DNA of 64,000 nt. Source: Candidatus Hodarchaeota archaeon. Its GTDB lineage: Archaea; Asgardarchaeota; Lokiarchaeia; Sigyniarchaeales; SOKP01. This document shows, in pieces, positions 10,273 to 20,974 of the stretch (position 1 is its first letter; every line of letters starts with the position of its first letter). The stretch covers positions 1 through 64,000 of the forward strand of contig JBHLKM010000013.1 in the NCBI GenBank assembly GCA_048886685.1, written 5' to 3'. The notes below the pieces were generated by a model. It was given only the letters and a program-made list of their open reading frames with translations. It was not told the origin of the DNA and ran no database searches. Made by a program: the position numbers and the translations under genes.

Positions 10273-11202
10273 TTATTGAAGCTTACTTTTTATCTGTTTG
10301 GATCGTGAGCGTAATGTTACTTCTGTAACTTTAGCTACTTCCGAAACTTCAGCTTGCGTTTTTCGGTGATTTCCCGCTTTAGCTGCCATATAAATGACAC
10401 TTGCGGCTAACCCTTTTGGATCTTTACCCGTACGTAATAATCCGTTTTTAGAAGCCTCAACAAGCATATTAATAGCTTTTTTCTGGGTTTCCATAGGTAA
10501 ACCAAGGTCGTTTCCGAATCTAAATACTAATTGTTCGGCGGTGATTGGTTTATATTTGAGATTCAACTCAGGGAGTACTTCTTTTACAACCATACCTAAA
10601 GAACGGTGAACTGTTCTTCTTGGGGTCATTGATGCTTCACATACTTCCTCAAGTAATCGTGGAAATTCATGAACGCGAATTGCAGCATATAATGAAGCCG
10701 CAATAAAACCATCAATTGATCTTCCCATTGTTAATTTCTTCTTTGCTACCACTGAATATATTTTCCAAGCAGTTTCTTTAATATATTCTGGGATATTCAT
10801 TTTTGATGTTAACATTTTAAGTTTGGGCTTCGCTTCCCAAAAGTTTCTTTCAATGCTAGAAATTAACGAGTTCTGGATCTTTGATAATCTTGAGAAGAGC
10901 GTTTTACCTCGTGCATTAATAAGTCTTCCTTTTGAGTCTATCTTAGAATTGGGTAACATCGTTCTTGGTCCAAATTCCCTCCATCGAGGTTCTGTCCGCC
11001 TTCGTTTGTTTACCTCTTCTACGGTATATGCGCGTCTTTCATTTCCAACAAGATTGCGTCCAAGAATCATACCGCAGTTTGTACAAACAGCATCCCCATC
11101 TTGTGGCTCAATACAAGGATTATCGCAACATAGAGCATCTGAACTACAGCTATCTTCTTCAGAATTAACCTTTGTTGAACGTAGTCTGTCTTTATAACTC
11201 AT
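10273..11202 (-). CDS. tfb: Transcription initiation factor IIB
   Basis: N-terminal Zn ribbon (CTNCG), two cyclin-fold repeats, GKDPKGLAA, TQAEVSEVAKVTEVTLR. Confidence 0.95.
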   Translation of the reverse strand: MSYKDRLRSTKVNSEEDSCSSDALCCDNPCIEPQDGDAVCTNCGMILGRNLVGNERRAYTVEEVNKRRRTEPRWREFGPRTMLPNSKIDSKGRLINARGKTLFSRLSKIQNSLISSIERNFWEAKPKLKMLTSKMNIPEYIKETAWKIYSVVAKKKLTMGRSIDGFIAASLYAAIRVHEFPRLLEEVCEASMTPRRTVHRSLGMVVKEVLPELNLKYKPITAEQLVFRFGNDLGLPMETQKKAINMLVEASKNGLLRTGKDPKGLAASVIYMAAKAGNHRKTQAEVSEVAKVTEVTLRSRSKQIKSKLQ

Positions 11203-11530
11203 TTTAGTTCACATCTGCAATTTTTTTTCAACTGTTAGCGTGATCTGTGAGTGATCTTTTTGCTACAATTTTGTAATTGTTTCAATATCTGTGAGATCAT
11301 TTATGTATAAAATTCTATCAATTATAAAACATAAGTATGATCTTATTTTGATACTATTATTGATATTGAATTATAAGTTAGTCATGTATATATAAGCTTT
11401 TTTATACAAACTTGTGATATGTCCCCGTACAAACAAGTCTTAGGGGATTTTAGTGGGATTATAAAATATAAGCAATTTTTAATGGGTAGAAAAAAAATCA
11501 GTCATTTAGCTTAAAGAACGTAATCGTAAT

Positions 11531-13252
11531 TTAGTGGTAGAGATACAAAAATCTTTCCATAAAATAAAGAAAAATTTGGTTATAATAGCCAGAAAAGTAA
11601 AAATCGGAAGCATGACCTCCCATTGGCATCCATAAGATTGCACATTCTCTATTTCCTTTAGCTAAGTAAGTATTTCTTATATTTTCCGATATACTAAAAT
11701 AATTTAAAATATCATGAGTTCCTTGAAAAATTAAGCATGGTGGGCTATTTTGGTCAATAAGGATTTCTGGATTTGTAAATACAGCACTCCCACTAATTCC
11801 AAAAAATACCATTTGACCATTCGCAGGGTAGAATGGAACTATACCTTTTATTGTTAAATTGTTGCTAAAAATATCTGTATAATTACCACTTGAAATTGCT
11901 AACGCTACAGCACTTGCGAGATGTCCTCCTGCAGAACCTCCACTTACAAATACAGAGTCTAGATTAGCACCATATTCATCTGCATGGATGGAAAGATAGT
12001 TTGTAAAGGCTCCAATATGGCGCATCATATCATCAATATTAAAATCTCCCTTTTTGTAATCAGGAGTTAGAGGATCTAATTCATATAATGGATTGGTATC
12101 AAGACCATATTGAATATCAAATACAATATATCCTTGAGCAGCGAAGTATTTATTCATCTGCATCATATTCATCATTCCTTTATCACCAGAAACCCAACCA
12201 CCTCCATGAATTCTGATTAAAGTGGAATTTTCACCTGGAAGACCAGCTCTTCCATTTAATGGCATGTATGCATCAAAATAAAGTCTTATTCCCTCCTCCT
12301 CATAGAATAATGTATTCTTTTCAATTTTGCACTCTTTTGGTTTTGATCCAAGAAAATAACTCGTAAGGGAAAATGGGGTTCTTAAGAAATATTGATCTGT
12401 TGAGGAAGGAATTCTATTATTCCAATCATCACCAAATGCAGTTGCAAATGATCTTTTTGCGTTTATTACAGTAAAATTAGTCATAAACAGAGGCATTAAT
12501 AAACAACCTGAAACAAAAAAGCCTAAAATTGCTGTCCTGTAATATTTCTTATTAATTCTTTTATGACGCTTTAATTTTAAAAGTAAAATTGTATTTGCGA
12601 GGAAAATAATTGAAAAAAAAACACCAAATTGACCCGATATAATTGCTATGAAGGTTGTAACTACTTCAAAAGAACCAAAAATAATCACAATGGCAAATAT
12701 TATTCCTATTATGAAAGTAATTCTTGAAATTATAACCAAGATTTTTCTTGAAATTCTTTTAGCTCTGATAAATTTTTTTGTATATATTGTAAAGAATGTG
12801 TACTTATGGAGGGACCAATCAATTTTCCTCAAAGTTAAGATATTATATATAGCAAAAGAAAAGCCATAGGTTAAGATTCCAAAATAACTAACATAGACTA
12901 GCATATAAGCCCCAATTGTATCAACTAATTTATTTGAATAAATTGATGATAAAAGTAAATTTCCCCCCATTATACAGGGTATAGCAATGATAATGAAAAG
13001 TAGATATCCATAGCTGATATACTGTGTTTTAACTCTTAATTTATTTTTTTTATGAAGAATGAAATAAATATATAGTAAGTTTTCAAATATAGTAATAGCT
13101 AAGATTACTCCATATATATCCCATAACATTGAATACACAGGATTTAAGATATATAATATTCCTAATACAAAGCAAAATAAATTTAGGGTTATGCTTGTGT
13201 AGCTAGTAACTATTAAATTCCTAAACTTTACTGGATTTTTTGCTTCTTTCAT
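11531..13252 (-). CDS. Membrane-anchored alpha/beta hydrolase (HSL-family esterase/lipase)
   Basis: About 7 N-terminal TM helices; HGGGW oxyanion motif, GGSAGG nucleophile elbow, and Asp/His near the C-terminus. Confidence 0.85.
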   Translation of the reverse strand: MKEAKNPVKFRNLIVTSYTSITLNLFCFVLGILYILNPVYSMLWDIYGVILAITIFENLLYIYFILHKKNKLRVKTQYISYGYLLFIIIAIPCIMGGNLLLSSIYSNKLVDTIGAYMLVYVSYFGILTYGFSFAIYNILTLRKIDWSLHKYTFFTIYTKKFIRAKRISRKILVIISRITFIIGIIFAIVIIFGSFEVVTTFIAIISGQFGVFFSIIFLANTILLLKLKRHKRINKKYYRTAILGFFVSGCLLMPLFMTNFTVINAKRSFATAFGDDWNNRIPSSTDQYFLRTPFSLTSYFLGSKPKECKIEKNTLFYEEEGIRLYFDAYMPLNGRAGLPGENSTLIRIHGGGWVSGDKGMMNMMQMNKYFAAQGYIVFDIQYGLDTNPLYELDPLTPDYKKGDFNIDDMMRHIGAFTNYLSIHADEYGANLDSVFVSGGSAGGHLASAVALAISSGNYTDIFSNNLTIKGIVPFYPANGQMVFFGISGSAVFTNPEILIDQNSPPCLIFQGTHDILNYFSISENIRNTYLAKGNRECAILWMPMGGHASDFYFSGYYNQIFLYFMERFLYLYH

Positions 13253-13501
13253 TTCTTTAACTCATTTGGCTAATTTGCTAATTAATTACCCTTAATGAGG
13301 CTAATCCATATTAGGGGTATTTGGCGACTGAATATATTCTTATAAGTGTTGATTCGTGGTCGAATCAGAGTTTAAAGCTTTATAAAATAATAAAAATCTT
13401 CATATAAAAAATTAACAGAAAAGATAAATTTTTTAGTAGTAAACCTAGATCTTGATCTCATTTAATATACTATTTAAGTCGCATAAACAAGCTCATTTGA
13501 T

Positions 13502-14773
13502 TTATTTTAAGATAGGAAGAATTTGAGGACCCTTAGGAAGAATTAAAATTTTAGCATTTTGAATTGCTTTTTCTAACGAGATCCTTATCCCCTCCTCTAT
13601 TGTTTTTGCGTATTTTAAGCCTATATTTCCTATTTCCTTTTCATTTAAGCTAGATACTACAACAATTTCTGCTTTCATAAGAATTCGAGACAATATTTGG
13701 ATTTCCCATTGGTCTGGTGTTGTGATTTCTCTCTTCATAATTTTATCATAAAGTACATTTGGACTCATTCCTGAGAAAATTAATTTCTTAAAACTTTCTT
13801 GACCAATACCATCAGCACATTCATTTACAGAGATAATAGTGCCCCCTTTTTTTACAGCCATTTCACCTATAGCCATACTTTTAACTGCTTGGTACAAGTT
13901 TAAGTCTAATGGATATCCTCCATTTCCGCATACTACGATGTCATATGGGTCTTTTATTTCTTCAAAAATATATTTTTGTTGGTAACCTACCAGCTTTTCA
14001 TGGATTTTTTCAATATCTCCTGCTGCTACTTCTACAATTTCATGTTTTTCATTTATGCAAACATTTATTGCAAAATCCACTTCCACTAATTTAGCAATTT
14101 CAATAGCATTTCTATGCATTAAATTGTCTTTATACACACCAAAACGCGAATATTGGGATGCTATATTCTTAGCAGAATGATTTGCTCGAATAGTTTCCTC
14201 ACCCGCGATACCCGGAACAATTGCTTTCCTTCCTCCACTAAAGCCAAAAAAGAAATGAGGTTCGACATAACCCGTTACTATTTTTAAATCACTTTCTAAA
14301 TAATGTTTGTTAATATATATTGGGATATTATCTTGTGTATCTCCTAAATAATTAAGTGAATTTTTATCCGTAGCTACATGATCGATAGTTTTTAGTCTAT
14401 TTTTTAAGTCGCTTCCTAAAATTCTATCTAATTCATCTTCTTTAGAGCGTCTATGTAAACCAGTTGCTATTAAAATTAAGATTTGATTGTCTTGGATCCC
14501 GTATTCGTTTAATTCTTTGATTAAAGCTTCCAAGATAAGGTGAGAAGGTACAGGTCTAGTTGAGTCTGATACCACAATGCAGATCCTGTTCAGAACCTTC
14601 TTGAATTTTAATATATCTTTTAGTGATTTACTTTCAAGAGGATTTTTGATAGCTTCTCTGATTTTTTTTATCGGATCTATCAACCCTTTCTGTTCATTCG
14701 GTTTTAGTACTGAAACATTCCATGATGGATCAAGAGTTAAATCTAAACCTCGTGCACCATAATCAAACTTCAT
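13502..14773 (-). CDS. larA: Nickel-dependent lactate racemase family protein
   Basis: SDSTRPVP, ATGLHR, EPHFFFGFSGGRK, GGYPLDLNLYQAVK, DQW. Confidence 0.92.
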   Translation of the reverse strand: MKFDYGARGLDLTLDPSWNVSVLKPNEQKGLIDPIKKIREAIKNPLESKSLKDILKFKKVLNRICIVVSDSTRPVPSHLILEALIKELNEYGIQDNQILILIATGLHRRSKEDELDRILGSDLKNRLKTIDHVATDKNSLNYLGDTQDNIPIYINKHYLESDLKIVTGYVEPHFFFGFSGGRKAIVPGIAGEETIRANHSAKNIASQYSRFGVYKDNLMHRNAIEIAKLVEVDFAINVCINEKHEIVEVAAGDIEKIHEKLVGYQQKYIFEEIKDPYDIVVCGNGGYPLDLNLYQAVKSMAIGEMAVKKGGTIISVNECADGIGQESFKKLIFSGMSPNVLYDKIMKREITTPDQWEIQILSRILMKAEIVVVSSLNEKEIGNIGLKYAKTIEEGIRISLEKAIQNAKILILPKGPQILPILK

Positions 14774-16512
14774 TATTTACCCTCTGAATGATGAATAATT
14801 TCCCTAGCTTTTTCAAATATTTCAGATGTGCTCACCCCTGCAGGGCATATGGTATCACAGAGAGCACATAAGGTACAAGTTTGTAGAATTTCTGTTATAA
14901 AATCATTTAATTCCAATTCACCATGAACTAATCCATTTAGAATACTTAGTCTACCTCTCGGACTGTACGGTTCGATTAGAAAATGAATCCTTGATGGGCA
15001 TTTAATTATACAAAATCCGCATCGCATACATTGTAATTCTAATAATTCATCAGATTTGTTTTTAAGATTTCGTTTTTGATTCATTTTTTTTAATATACGT
15101 TCATCTCCTTTACCTATTCCAGGATTTAGGATTCGTTGAGGATCAAAGAGCTCCTTAATTTCATTCATTAGTTTAACAACGTCTATTCCATGCTCCGATT
15201 CAAGATACACGGTTTTCACCTTTCCTATTCCATGTTCTCCAGTTATTGTTCCCCCAACAGGAATTATTATTTCTTTATACAAGTAATCAACAGCATTTTC
15301 AAAATCTTTTATATCTTCTACATCATTCTCGTTAAACAAAAAAGTAGGGTGTAAATTTCCTTCCATGTGACATATAGTTGCGACCAATAAATTCTTAGCG
15401 TTAATGGCTTTAGGAATTTCTTCTATTTTCTTTATAACATCTGAAAAGTCTGAAATTTGTATTGTACAATCTTCAACACAAGTGTTTGGTCTTATTCTTG
15501 ATAGGGCTGGAAGATTCGATTTCCTGGCAAGTATCAATCTTTCTCTTTCCTTTTCCGTTTTAGCAATTTTGAAGAAATTAGGATTTTTTTGGAGAATTAG
15601 ATCCAACATAGTTGAGAAATTTTCCTCAACTTCCCTAATAGTATCTCCATCTACTTCAGCTAATAATACATACCCATTTGGGAAATCCAAATAATCTCCA
15701 CCCAGAAAATCAGATACGGCTTTCAACATAAGCTTATCCATGAATTCCAATAGATTTGGTACAATACCATGTTTTCTTATTTCAATAACAGCATCTCTTA
15801 AATCATCAACATTTTCAAAGATAAAAAAACCTAATTTTCTGGTTTTAGGTAAAGGTCGAATTCTCAAACCTATTTTTGTTATGATTCCCAAAGTTCCTTC
15901 AGAACCTATAAATAAATCCTTCAAATTATAAGAAGAAACAGATTTAAGTACTTTTGATCCTAAATTAAGAATTTTCCCATTAGGTAAAACAACTTCTAAA
16001 TATAAAACATAATTTTTTGTGACGCCATATTTAAAAGCCTGAATTCCTCCAGCATTGCTGGCAACCATTCCACCTATGGTACAAACTGAGCTTGAACCTG
16101 GATCTGGAGGAAAAAAATATTCATGCGGTTTTAAAATTTCATTCAGTTCGTCACATATAACTCCAGGTTCAACTTCTACTAAATTATTTACGATATCAAT
16201 AGTAAGTATTCTATTCATTTGACTTAAATCTAATACTATACCACCATAAGGGGTTGATGAACCTGATGATAAGCTCGTTCCACTGCCTCGAGGTGTAACT
16301 GCAATCTTATTATCATTAGCTAATTCTAAGATTTCAGAGATCTGTTTTGAATTCTGAGGTATTAAAATCAGATCTGGAACCCAATCCTTATTAAAAATCG
16401 AACCCCCAAAAGCATAAGTAAATCTAACTTCATATCGGTTAAAGAAAGAATTTTCTCCAACAATTTGTTTGAATTTTTCGAGTAATTCATCAGAAATTTT
16501 ATTATAATTCAT
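14773..16512 (-). CDS. FAD-linked oxidase (GlcD/D-lactate dehydrogenase type) with C-terminal 4Fe-4S domain
   Basis: PRGSGT, FPPDPGS, GSEGTLG, GEHGIG; CxxCxxCxxxC motifs at the C-terminus; its stop overlaps the larA start. Confidence 0.88.
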   Translation of the reverse strand: MNYNKISDELLEKFKQIVGENSFFNRYEVRFTYAFGGSIFNKDWVPDLILIPQNSKQISEILELANDNKIAVTPRGSGTSLSSGSSTPYGGIVLDLSQMNRILTIDIVNNLVEVEPGVICDELNEILKPHEYFFPPDPGSSSVCTIGGMVASNAGGIQAFKYGVTKNYVLYLEVVLPNGKILNLGSKVLKSVSSYNLKDLFIGSEGTLGIITKIGLRIRPLPKTRKLGFFIFENVDDLRDAVIEIRKHGIVPNLLEFMDKLMLKAVSDFLGGDYLDFPNGYVLLAEVDGDTIREVEENFSTMLDLILQKNPNFFKIAKTEKERERLILARKSNLPALSRIRPNTCVEDCTIQISDFSDVIKKIEEIPKAINAKNLLVATICHMEGNLHPTFLFNENDVEDIKDFENAVDYLYKEIIIPVGGTITGEHGIGKVKTVYLESEHGIDVVKLMNEIKELFDPQRILNPGIGKGDERILKKMNQKRNLKNKSDELLELQCMRCGFCIIKCPSRIHFLIEPYSPRGRLSILNGLVHGELELNDFITEILQTCTLCALCDTICPAGVSTSEIFEKAREIIHHSEGK

Positions 16513-16672
16513 ATCAATTGGTTAAGACGTAGTTTAATACCTTACTATATTTTCTTAGACAATTTTAGTTATATTTTATTATTTCGAAAAATAATTTAAA
16601 AATTAATCAATAGTTATCTTAATAAGAAACATTATTATTAATTAAAAACAATCCTTTAGTTAAGGAATTAAT

Positions 16673-17065
16673 ATGGTGAAAGTGTTAAGAGATTTATGGA
16701 TTTTAACAGTAAGTGGTACAACAGTTTATAGTCGAGTAATTGATCCGAGAGTTAACCCTCAATTGTTTGGAGCCCTTATGAGTGCTTTAAATACTTTTGC
16801 TGAAAAACTAACTGAGGAAGGGATGTCTAATTTTGAATTAAGCCAAATTCGTTTTTCAATAGTTAAAAGAAATAAATTTATTTTTGTTGCGAGTTCTTCT
16901 AACAAAATAAAAGCTAAGAAAGTATTTAATGAATTAAGAAATATTTCCGAAAAGTTCTTTGAGATGTATCCTGAAGAAACTTTAAAGAAATGGGATTCTA
17001 ATGTTGGACTCTTCGATACTTTTGAACATACAATTAGGGATTCATTAGAAGATAATTCGAAATAG
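16673..17065 (+). CDS. Stand-alone longin-like (profilin-fold) protein
   Basis: 130 aa; pattern LWILTVSGTTVYSR / LFGALMSALNTFA / FIFVA / ELRNISEKFFEMY...W...F is typical of longin and sigma-adaptin-like domains. Confidence 0.6.
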   Translation: MVKVLRDLWILTVSGTTVYSRVIDPRVNPQLFGALMSALNTFAEKLTEEGMSNFELSQIRFSIVKRNKFIFVASSSNKIKAKKVFNELRNISEKFFEMYPEETLKKWDSNVGLFDTFEHTIRDSLEDNSK

Positions 17066-17185
17066 ACTTTATAGACTCCTATTAATTTAACATATCTTTA
17101 TCCTGTTATTTCGAATATTATGAATTTTCTTTTCATAACCATAAAAAATTTAAGATAATTTAGATTTGATATTAATGAAAAAAGT

Positions 17186-17542
17186 ATGAAAGAAATAGAA
17201 AACAATAAAAAAAATATTAAAAACAAAGAATTATCAGATCAACCAAGTAATCTTGATAATCCAAGAGATTATAATTCAATTTTCAAGAATAATTTTGTTC
17301 CCTCAAATAATTTAGATTACTTAATCAAAAAAATATCAAATCCCGGTTTTTTAGGCTCAATTCACTTGAAAAAGGAAATGAATCCTAATTATAAACAAGT
17401 TGAAAATATACTTGGTAATGAAAATGAATTGAAACTTACGCGATCATTAAAAAATGCGATATTTAATCCGATAACAAAAATATTGATAATCTCAGCTATT
17501 ATTTTTAATCTAATTTGGTTTCTATCAATTTATCTTATTTAA
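17186..17542 (+). CDS. Hypothetical tail-anchored membrane protein
   Basis: Polar N-terminus with a single TM helix at the extreme C-terminus. Confidence 0.55.
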   Translation: MKEIENNKKNIKNKELSDQPSNLDNPRDYNSIFKNNFVPSNNLDYLIKKISNPGFLGSIHLKKEMNPNYKQVENILGNENELKLTRSLKNAIFNPITKILIISAIIFNLIWFLSIYLI

Positions 17543-17686
17543 ATGGAAGGGAATTCCTACTCTTTAAAAAAATTATCAACTATTTCCCATTAATAAATTT
17601 AAAAGATATTTAAATATTTCAAAATTAGATTTTGTAACTTAAAACAGTAATTCAAAAAAAACTTCAATTAAAAGGGTATCAAGTAT

Positions 17687-19156
17687 TTGATATATGATGT
17701 CATAATTATAGGTGGTGGAGTTACCGGATGTTGTATAGCTCGTACACTTTCAAAGTATGACTTAAGTATATGTGTAATAGAAAAGGAGGCTGAAATCGCT
17801 TCTGGTACAACTAAAGCAAATTCAGGTGTGGTTCATGCAGGTTACGCAGCTGAGAGAGAGTATATTAAACGATATCTATGCATCAAAGGAAATAAATTGT
17901 ATACTCAAGCCAAAAAAGAATTAAATTTTCCATTTGAAAGGATCGGTTCATTTGTAGTTGCTCTGGAAGATGATCAGATCAAAAAATTAGAAGAAGAAAG
18001 AAAAAAAGGCACTGAAGATGGTATTCCCGGTTTAGAACTGATTTTGGATAAGAAAAAGATAAAAGAATTGGAACCAAACTTAACGGATGATGTTGTGGGC
18101 GTTTTATATGCTCCCACTGCAGGTCTTGTTAGTCCATACGAATTAACATTTGCATTGGCAGAAAATGCTGCCAATAATGGAGTGAAGTTTTTTAGGAACC
18201 ATGAAGTTGTTAAAATCAAGCATCAAGATTATATGTTTACTGTAAGGACATATCAAGGAGAATTTCAAGCAAAAAATCTTATTAATGCTGCAGGACTCCA
18301 TGCTGCAAAGATTTCCAAAATGTTGGGTTTAGATTATTTCAGTATACTGCCAAGAAAAGGAGAATACGTGCTATTCGACAGAAATGCTATCCATCTTAAT
18401 AAGATTCTCTTCCCAATGCCAACTAAAGTTTCGAAAGGAATTTTAGTTTGTCCTACATTGCACGGGAATACTTTTGCTGGGCCGAATGCGCAAAATATTA
18501 CTGATAGTGAAGATACTTCGACCACTATAGCTGGTTTAAGAGAAATTTTAGATGGTGGAAGAAAATTAGTACCGAATCTTCCTTTAAGAAGTTCAATTAG
18601 AAATTTTGCTGGTTTGAGAGCTGTCCCAGATACTTATGATTTTATCATAGACAATACTGATATTTATGGTTTTATAAATGTCGCAGGTATTCTTTCTCCT
18701 GGATTAACAGCAACTTTTGCCATTGCTGAGAAGGTTGTTGAATTCCTTGAATTATTAGGCGTTGAATTAAATGTAAAAGACGATTATAACCCAATTCGTC
18801 CGAAACCTAAGCGATTCAAAGATTTCACTAAGGAAGAACTGGATAAAAAAATTCAAGAAGACCCTAGATGGGGCAGAATAATATGCCGCTGTGAAACAAT
18901 ATCGGAAAAAGAAATTATTGATGCTATCCATGCCCCAGTTGGTGCTAATACTGTTGATGGAATTAAGTTTCGATGTAGACCTGGGATGGGTAGATGTCAG
19001 GGAGGTTTCTGTCGTCCTCGTGTTATCGAAATTCTTTCAAGGGAACTTAATAAACCATATGAGGAAATTACTAAAAGAGGAGAAGATACAAATATATTAA
19101 TCGGAAGAACAAAAAATATCGTGTTAAAAGATATTTCTGGAGGTATCAGCAGATAA
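17687..19156 (+). CDS. FAD-dependent oxidoreductase with C-terminal BFD-like [2Fe-2S] domain (GlpA-like glycerol-3-phosphate dehydrogenase)
   Basis: GGGVTG, TTKANSGVVHAG, ICRCE...GMGRCQGGFC. Confidence 0.85.
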   Translation: MIYDVIIIGGGVTGCCIARTLSKYDLSICVIEKEAEIASGTTKANSGVVHAGYAAEREYIKRYLCIKGNKLYTQAKKELNFPFERIGSFVVALEDDQIKKLEEERKKGTEDGIPGLELILDKKKIKELEPNLTDDVVGVLYAPTAGLVSPYELTFALAENAANNGVKFFRNHEVVKIKHQDYMFTVRTYQGEFQAKNLINAAGLHAAKISKMLGLDYFSILPRKGEYVLFDRNAIHLNKILFPMPTKVSKGILVCPTLHGNTFAGPNAQNITDSEDTSTTIAGLREILDGGRKLVPNLPLRSSIRNFAGLRAVPDTYDFIIDNTDIYGFINVAGILSPGLTATFAIAEKVVEFLELLGVELNVKDDYNPIRPKPKRFKDFTKEELDKKIQEDPRWGRIICRCETISEKEIIDAIHAPVGANTVDGIKFRCRPGMGRCQGGFCRPRVIEILSRELNKPYEEITKRGEDTNILIGRTKNIVLKDISGGISR

Positions 19157-20466
19157 TGAACAGATATGACGTTGATGTTGCTGTAATTGGTGGAGGTTCT
19201 GCGGGTTTAGCTGCTGCTATTGTTGTTAAAAAAGCAGGTTTGAATGTGTTAATATTAGAAAGAGATAAAGAATTAGGAGGAATTACTCTCCAATGCATTC
19301 ACAACGGATTTGGTCTCCATGAGTTTAAAGAAGAATTGACTGGACCTGAATATGTTCAAAGATTTATCAATCAAGCTATGGAACTAGATGTCGCTTATAA
19401 ATTAGATACTATGGTAATTGAAATTACTTCAGATAAAGTAATTTATGCAGTAAACAACAAAGAAGGACTTATTGAAGTTAATGCAAAAGCAATAATCCTT
19501 GCAATGGGATGTCGTGAAAGAACTAGGGGTGCTATCAACATACCTGGCTTTCGACCTGCTGGAATATATACGGCAGGACAAGCCCAAAGATTTGTGAATA
19601 TTGAAGGTTATTTACCTGGTAGAACTTATGTCATTTTAGGAAGTGGAGATATTGGTATGATTATGGCACGACGCTTAACATGGGAAGGATGCCATGTTAA
19701 GGCAGTGGTTGAGATTCAGCCTTATGTAAGTGGATTAATAAGAAATCAAGTACAATGTTTAGAAGATTATGGAATTCCACTTATAACAAGTTATACCGTT
19801 ACTAAAATTCATGGTAAAGATAGAGTTCAAGGGGTTACGATATCTAAAGTGGATAGGAATTTTGATAGAGTCATAGGCTCTGAGAAATTTATTGAATGTG
19901 ATACATTACTGTTATCAGTTGGGTTAATACCAGAAAATGAATTAACAAGAGAAGTTGGAGCTGAAATCTCGGAAATGGGTGGTCCCGTCGTCGATAATAA
20001 GTTAGAAATTACGATAGAGGGAATATTTGCATGTGGTAATGTATTGCAAGTACACGATTTGGTAGATCTAGTAACCGCAGAGGCAAAAAGAGCTGGTTTA
20101 AATGCTGTTGAGTATATCAATAATAGATTTGGGGAAAAAATTGAGAAGAAAACAAAAATAATATGCAGTGCTGGTGAAAATGTAAATTACGTCAAACCAG
20201 ATTTGATTAATCCATCTGATTTATCAAAAGATGTTATATTTACCTTTAGGGTTAAAAGACCCGATAGAAGGCTTTTGATTCAATTTAAAGATGACAAGAA
20301 TAGAATTATATATAAAAAAAAAAGGAGATATGTCATTCCAAGCGAAATGATTGAAATAAAATTAAATTTGAAGGAATTAAATATAGATTCTGAGTGTAAG
20401 AATATTTTAATAGAGGTTGTGCCTCGTCCAGAAGTATTAATTGAAGAAGATCAATCTTGGAGGTAA
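19156..20466 (+). CDS. NAD(P)/FAD-dependent oxidoreductase (partner of GlpA-like subunit)
   Basis: GGGSAG, QCIHNGFG, GCRERTRG, GSGDIG, ACGNVLQVHDLVD; start overlaps the upstream stop. Confidence 0.85.
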   Translation: MNRYDVDVAVIGGGSAGLAAAIVVKKAGLNVLILERDKELGGITLQCIHNGFGLHEFKEELTGPEYVQRFINQAMELDVAYKLDTMVIEITSDKVIYAVNNKEGLIEVNAKAIILAMGCRERTRGAINIPGFRPAGIYTAGQAQRFVNIEGYLPGRTYVILGSGDIGMIMARRLTWEGCHVKAVVEIQPYVSGLIRNQVQCLEDYGIPLITSYTVTKIHGKDRVQGVTISKVDRNFDRVIGSEKFIECDTLLLSVGLIPENELTREVGAEISEMGGPVVDNKLEITIEGIFACGNVLQVHDLVDLVTAEAKRAGLNAVEYINNRFGEKIEKKTKIICSAGENVNYVKPDLINPSDLSKDVIFTFRVKRPDRRLLIQFKDDKNRIIYKKKRRYVIPSEMIEIKLNLKELNIDSECKNILIEVVPRPEVLIEEDQSWR

Positions 20467-20470
20467 AAAA

Positions 20471-20854
20471 ATGTCAGCATCAGAGATTCCAGAAGGCTCT
20501 AAAGAGATCCGTTGTATAATATGTCCGACAGGTTGCCTTGTTCATGTTGAAAACGTTAATGGAGAGCTAGTTATTGAAGGTCATTCATGTAAGAGGGGAG
20601 AAGAATATGTTAAAGAAGAATTTATAGCACCTAAACGAATTCTTACTACTACAATGAGAGTAAAAAATGGGTTCCTTCCATTGGTACCAGTAAGATCAGA
20701 CACACCTATCCCTAAAGAGAAACTTCAGGATACTCTAAAGGAAATCGCCAAGACAGTGGTTAAAGCTCCAATAAAAATGGGAGATGTTTTATTAAAAAAG
20801 GTATTAGGATTGGATGTGAATATAATCGCTAGTCGAGACTTGATAGAAGCTTAA
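20471..20854 (+). CDS. DUF1667 family small metal-binding subunit
   Basis: CIICPTGC, CKRG, PKRILTTT; ATG at 20471; third gene of the GlpA-like operon. Confidence 0.85.
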   Translation: MSASEIPEGSKEIRCIICPTGCLVHVENVNGELVIEGHSCKRGEEYVKEEFIAPKRILTTTMRVKNGFLPLVPVRSDTPIPKEKLQDTLKEIAKTVVKAPIKMGDVLLKKVLGLDVNIIASRDLIEA

Positions 20855-20974
20855 ATAAAAACTCTTTTATATTAATACAACTCTCTAATCCATCTATAAA
20901 TAATTAATTTTAAATATATTTAGAGATAATTGAATATATATTCAATATTGAACCAAAATTTCAGAATGATTTAA

